A DNA stretch of 38,075 nt, from positions 1-38,075 of the forward strand of contig CALGNA010000066.1 in NCBI GenBank assembly GCA_937958795.1, given 5' to 3'. A model generated the notes under the pieces. That model worked only from the letters and a program-made list of their open reading frames with translations, was not told where the DNA came from and ran no database searches. Every line of letters starts with the position of its first letter. Position 1 is the stretch's first letter. The DNA is from an uncultured Bdellovibrionales bacterium (lineage in GTDB: Bacteria; Bdellovibrionota; Bdellovibrionia; Bdellovibrionales; UBA1609). This document shows, in pieces, positions 35,552 to 38,075 of the stretch. A program made the position numbers and the translations under genes.

Positions 35552-37780
35552 TTATCTCCGAGTATGTAAAACTTTACGTGGCTTGCTCCCCTCTGGCGGC
35601 CCCACAACTCCCTTAGTTTCGAGGAGTTCCATTATTCTGGCTGCTCTTGGGTAGCCAAGACGAAACTTTCTTTGCAGGTAAGATGCACTAACAGTCTTCT
35701 GGTCTTGGACAAATTGATAAATTTCCTCATACATATCATCATCGTCAGAAGAATCATGGGCTCCACCTGTTACCTGACCCGGATTTTGATTTCCTGCTAA
35801 ATAATTCTGAATAGACTCAAAATACTCTGGCGGTCCTTGTTCTCTCCAAAAATCTATAATGGACCCTAAATCTTTATCAGAAATCCAAGGTCCATGTGCC
35901 CTTAAAGTTTGAGGAAATTGAGGTGATTGAAATAATAAATCTCCACGTGCTAAAAGTCTTTCAGCCCCACCTTCATCCAAAATAATGCGACTATCTGTTT
36001 TACTAGCAACTTTGAAGCTAATTCTCCCAGGAATATTTGTCTTAATAAGCCCTGTAACAACATCTTTTCTGGGGCTTTGTAGAGCAAGAATTAAATGCAT
36101 GCCCGATGCTCTTGCCATTTGTGCAAGTCTTACCACAGATGTTTCAACCTGCTGCTTATCAACAGTCATTAAATCTGCAAACTCTTCAATAACAATGACG
36201 AGCCTAGGGAGTTTTTCATAATAATACTTTGAAGCACCAGGAAAACCTTCAGCTTCTTGAATTTTTTTGTGATTTTCAATTTCTTCTTTATTTAAAAGTG
36301 CAACTTTCTCATTATAACTATCCAAATCTCTGGCTCCAAATTCTGCCATTGATCTGTACCTTTTTTCCATTTCATACACAGCCCACTTTAAAACTTTAAC
36401 GGCTTTTTTAGTTTGCTTAACAACAGGAGTTAATAAATGAGGGACTCCCTCAAATAAACTTAAATCCACTTGTTTAGGGTCAATTAAAATTAACCTTAAG
36501 TCTTTAGGACTCTTTAAAAACAACCACTGCGTAACAAGAGAAACAACAAAAACGGATTTTCCAGATCCAGTAGATCCAGCAATAAGCAAGTGGGGAATTT
36601 TTTGTAGATCTACTTGAAAAACCTTTCCTGATACATTTTTCCCCAATAACAACGGGATTTTAAACCCTTCTTTAACATTCTTCAAACAATCCTGTAAGTA
36701 AACAGTTTCCTTATGCACTCTAGAAGCCTCAACACCTACAACATTAGTGCCTGGAATTGGCGCAATAATTCTTATTGATTCTGCAGATAATGCTAAACTT
36801 AAATCATCACTTAATTCCGTAATTCGACTTACTTTTACAGATTGATCAATACTAAGTTCAAATCGCGTAACCAATGGACCCGATTCAATCTTTTTTATAT
36901 GAGATTCAATATTAAACTGACTCAATTTATCTACTAATTTTTGAGCTAAAATTTTCTCTTCTTTATCTAAGTCTGACCTATTGAGTGCTATGGGTTTTTC
37001 TAAATTTTTAATAGAAGGAAACGTCCAGTCTGTTTTTTCACCTGACTCTGTTTTCCCTTTTCTAAGGATCATGCTAGGAGCTTCTTGCACATTTTTTTTT
37101 CCAGCAATCTGTTGTGTCGTTATCTGTTTTTTACTCTGAGTTCTTAGTCTAATTGCATGAGGTTTTTTATTTTTTTTAAGCTCAGTGTTTTTAACATTTG
37201 TGTTTATTTTAGATTTTTTTTCTTTACGTAAAAAAGAGAACCTCATGACACTTATCAATGCCTGAATTTTGTGATCCATAATACTCTCTAGTATGACGGC
37301 TAAGCTCATCAACCATACAAAGAATAATACAATGACCGAACCAATTGTATTTAGGTATTGTGTTAGAAAACTAGCTGATGCTAATCCAATAACTCCCCCT
37401 TGTCGCACATGATTTTCAAATCCATTTAAATCAGTGAGTAAATCAAGAGTTAATGAAATCAAACATGGTATGAGAGAAAGCCACAGCCACTGATATGCTG
37501 AAAATTCAAAAGCTTTAAAACGCTTCACAATATAAAATAAAACCATGACTGGGAAAAACCAAGCCCCCCACCCAAATATTTGATATAAAATATCGGCCAA
37601 GTGAGATCCAATTAAACCAAACCAATTTTGTACAACATGCACCTCTTGGAATAAGTTATTTAAGGAAGGATCTAATGGCGAGTAAGTACCTAAAGAAAGG
37701 CTTAAAAAAATAAAAATAAAAAATAAGCCTAAGTTTACCATTCGTGCTGTAAAATATTCTGCAAATACGATTGTTTTCAT
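35552..37780 (-). CDS. ftsK: DNA translocase FtsK
   Basis: 742 aa with N-terminal TM segments and a basic linker. The motor domain has Walker A AGSTGSGKS and Walker B LVIVIEEFADL. The C-terminal gamma winged-helix reads SASYLQRKFRLGYPRAARIMELLE..GVVGP. Confidence 0.92.
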   Translation of the reverse strand: MKTIVFAEYFTARMVNLGLFFIFIFLSLSLGTYSPLDPSLNNLFQEVHVVQNWFGLIGSHLADILYQIFGWGAWFFPVMVLFYIVKRFKAFEFSAYQWLWLSLIPCLISLTLDLLTDLNGFENHVRQGGVIGLASASFLTQYLNTIGSVIVLFFVWLMSLAVILESIMDHKIQALISVMRFSFLRKEKKSKINTNVKNTELKKNKKPHAIRLRTQSKKQITTQQIAGKKNVQEAPSMILRKGKTESGEKTDWTFPSIKNLEKPIALNRSDLDKEEKILAQKLVDKLSQFNIESHIKKIESGPLVTRFELSIDQSVKVSRITELSDDLSLALSAESIRIIAPIPGTNVVGVEASRVHKETVYLQDCLKNVKEGFKIPLLLGKNVSGKVFQVDLQKIPHLLIAGSTGSGKSVFVVSLVTQWLFLKSPKDLRLILIDPKQVDLSLFEGVPHLLTPVVKQTKKAVKVLKWAVYEMEKRYRSMAEFGARDLDSYNEKVALLNKEEIENHKKIQEAEGFPGASKYYYEKLPRLVIVIEEFADLMTVDKQQVETSVVRLAQMARASGMHLILALQSPRKDVVTGLIKTNIPGRISFKVASKTDSRIILDEGGAERLLARGDLLFQSPQFPQTLRAHGPWISDKDLGSIIDFWREQGPPEYFESIQNYLAGNQNPGQVTGGAHDSSDDDDMYEEIYQFVQDQKTVSASYLQRKFRLGYPRAARIMELLETKGVVGPPEGSKPRKVLHTRR

Positions 37781-37876
37781 TACAAACAGTATAAGACTCT
37801 TGATGTTTTTTTAAAAGCCCAGTAAGGCACAAGAAGGTGTCTTTGAGGCAAAAACTAGCAAAAGGTGAATAAAATC

Positions 37877-38075
37877 TTGAGCCAACTTAAGATCAACGAA
37901 ATTTTTTACAGCATTCAGGGAGAATCCACTCACTCTGGTATTCCCACTCTTTTTATAAGGTTAACTGGCTGTCATTTAAGATGTGTCTATTGTGATACTA
38001 AATATTCGTATTTTGATGGGTCCCTCATGAGCTCTAGTGATTTACTTGAAAGAATCCAAAACACCCCTACTCGGT
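37877..38075 (+). CDS. queE: 7-carboxy-7-deazaguanine synthase QueE (radical SAM), 5' part; runs off the window
   Basis: My own translation is LSQLKINEIFYSIQGESTHSGIPTLFIRLTGCHLRCVYCDTKYS... It contains the QueE N-terminal IQGE motif and the CxxxCxxC cluster. The start is either TTG at 37877 or the in-frame GTG at 37865 (AAAGGTG region). Confidence 0.8.
   Translation, partial: MSQLKINEIFYSIQGESTHSGIPTLFIRLTGCHLRCVYCDTKYSYFDGSLMSSSDLLERIQNTPTR

Noticed and set aside
37781-37876. A possible preQ1-I riboswitch upstream of queE: hairpin AGGCAC-AAGAAG-GTGTCT followed by an A-rich tail ...GCAAAAACTAGCAAAAGG.
   Set aside because: The loop is only 6 nt and lacks the conserved loop nucleotides and the UAG that should pair with the CUA of the tail. 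The resemblance is limited to the A-rich tail. An Infernal scan with the preQ1 models would settle it.

Overview
This is an AT-rich bacterial chromosomal window that mixes housekeeping genes with one large accessory-looking block. All product calls rest on motif recognition in the supplied translations and on my own reading of the DNA. No database search was run.

Housekeeping genes:
- + strand: sucD (3' part), ndk, a TPR lipoprotein coupled to rodZ, ptrB-like oligopeptidase, gmhA, queE (5' part).
- - strand: a DnaQ-like exonuclease, nadE, groES-groEL, rmuC plus a HAD hydrolase, tal, dapB, dapA, a small LptM-like lipoprotein, ftsK.
- tRNAs: tRNA-Asn(GTT), tRNA-Arg(ACG), tRNA-Ser(GCT).

The centrepiece is a translationally coupled Flp/Tad (type IVc) pilus operon at about 9.2-17.3 kb. 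Its order is flp, tadV/cpaA, three prepilin-like genes, cpaB, the cpaC secretin, a single 740-aa ORF that fuses a CpaE/TadZ-type MinD/ParA ATPase to CpaF/TadA, and one tadB/C gene.

Directly after it come a signal-peptide YD/RHS-repeat protein and a stop/start-overlapped 92-aa secreted low-complexity protein. This layout resembles what I recall of the Bdellovibrio host-interaction (hit) locus, so the source may be a Bdellovibrio-like predator. That is an inference.

Other points worth checking:
- A 59-codon Flp-like ORF, too short for the ORF track, lies in frame directly after the flp stop codon.
- A distant pilin-like gene has a Gly/Ser-rich core and a C-terminal anchor.
- A roughly 560-bp tract with no ORF in the supplied track follows tRNA-Ser and holds a frame-broken gene relic.
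- groESL has no CIRCE operator.

I saw no CRISPR array, IS element, integrase or recognisable defence genes.
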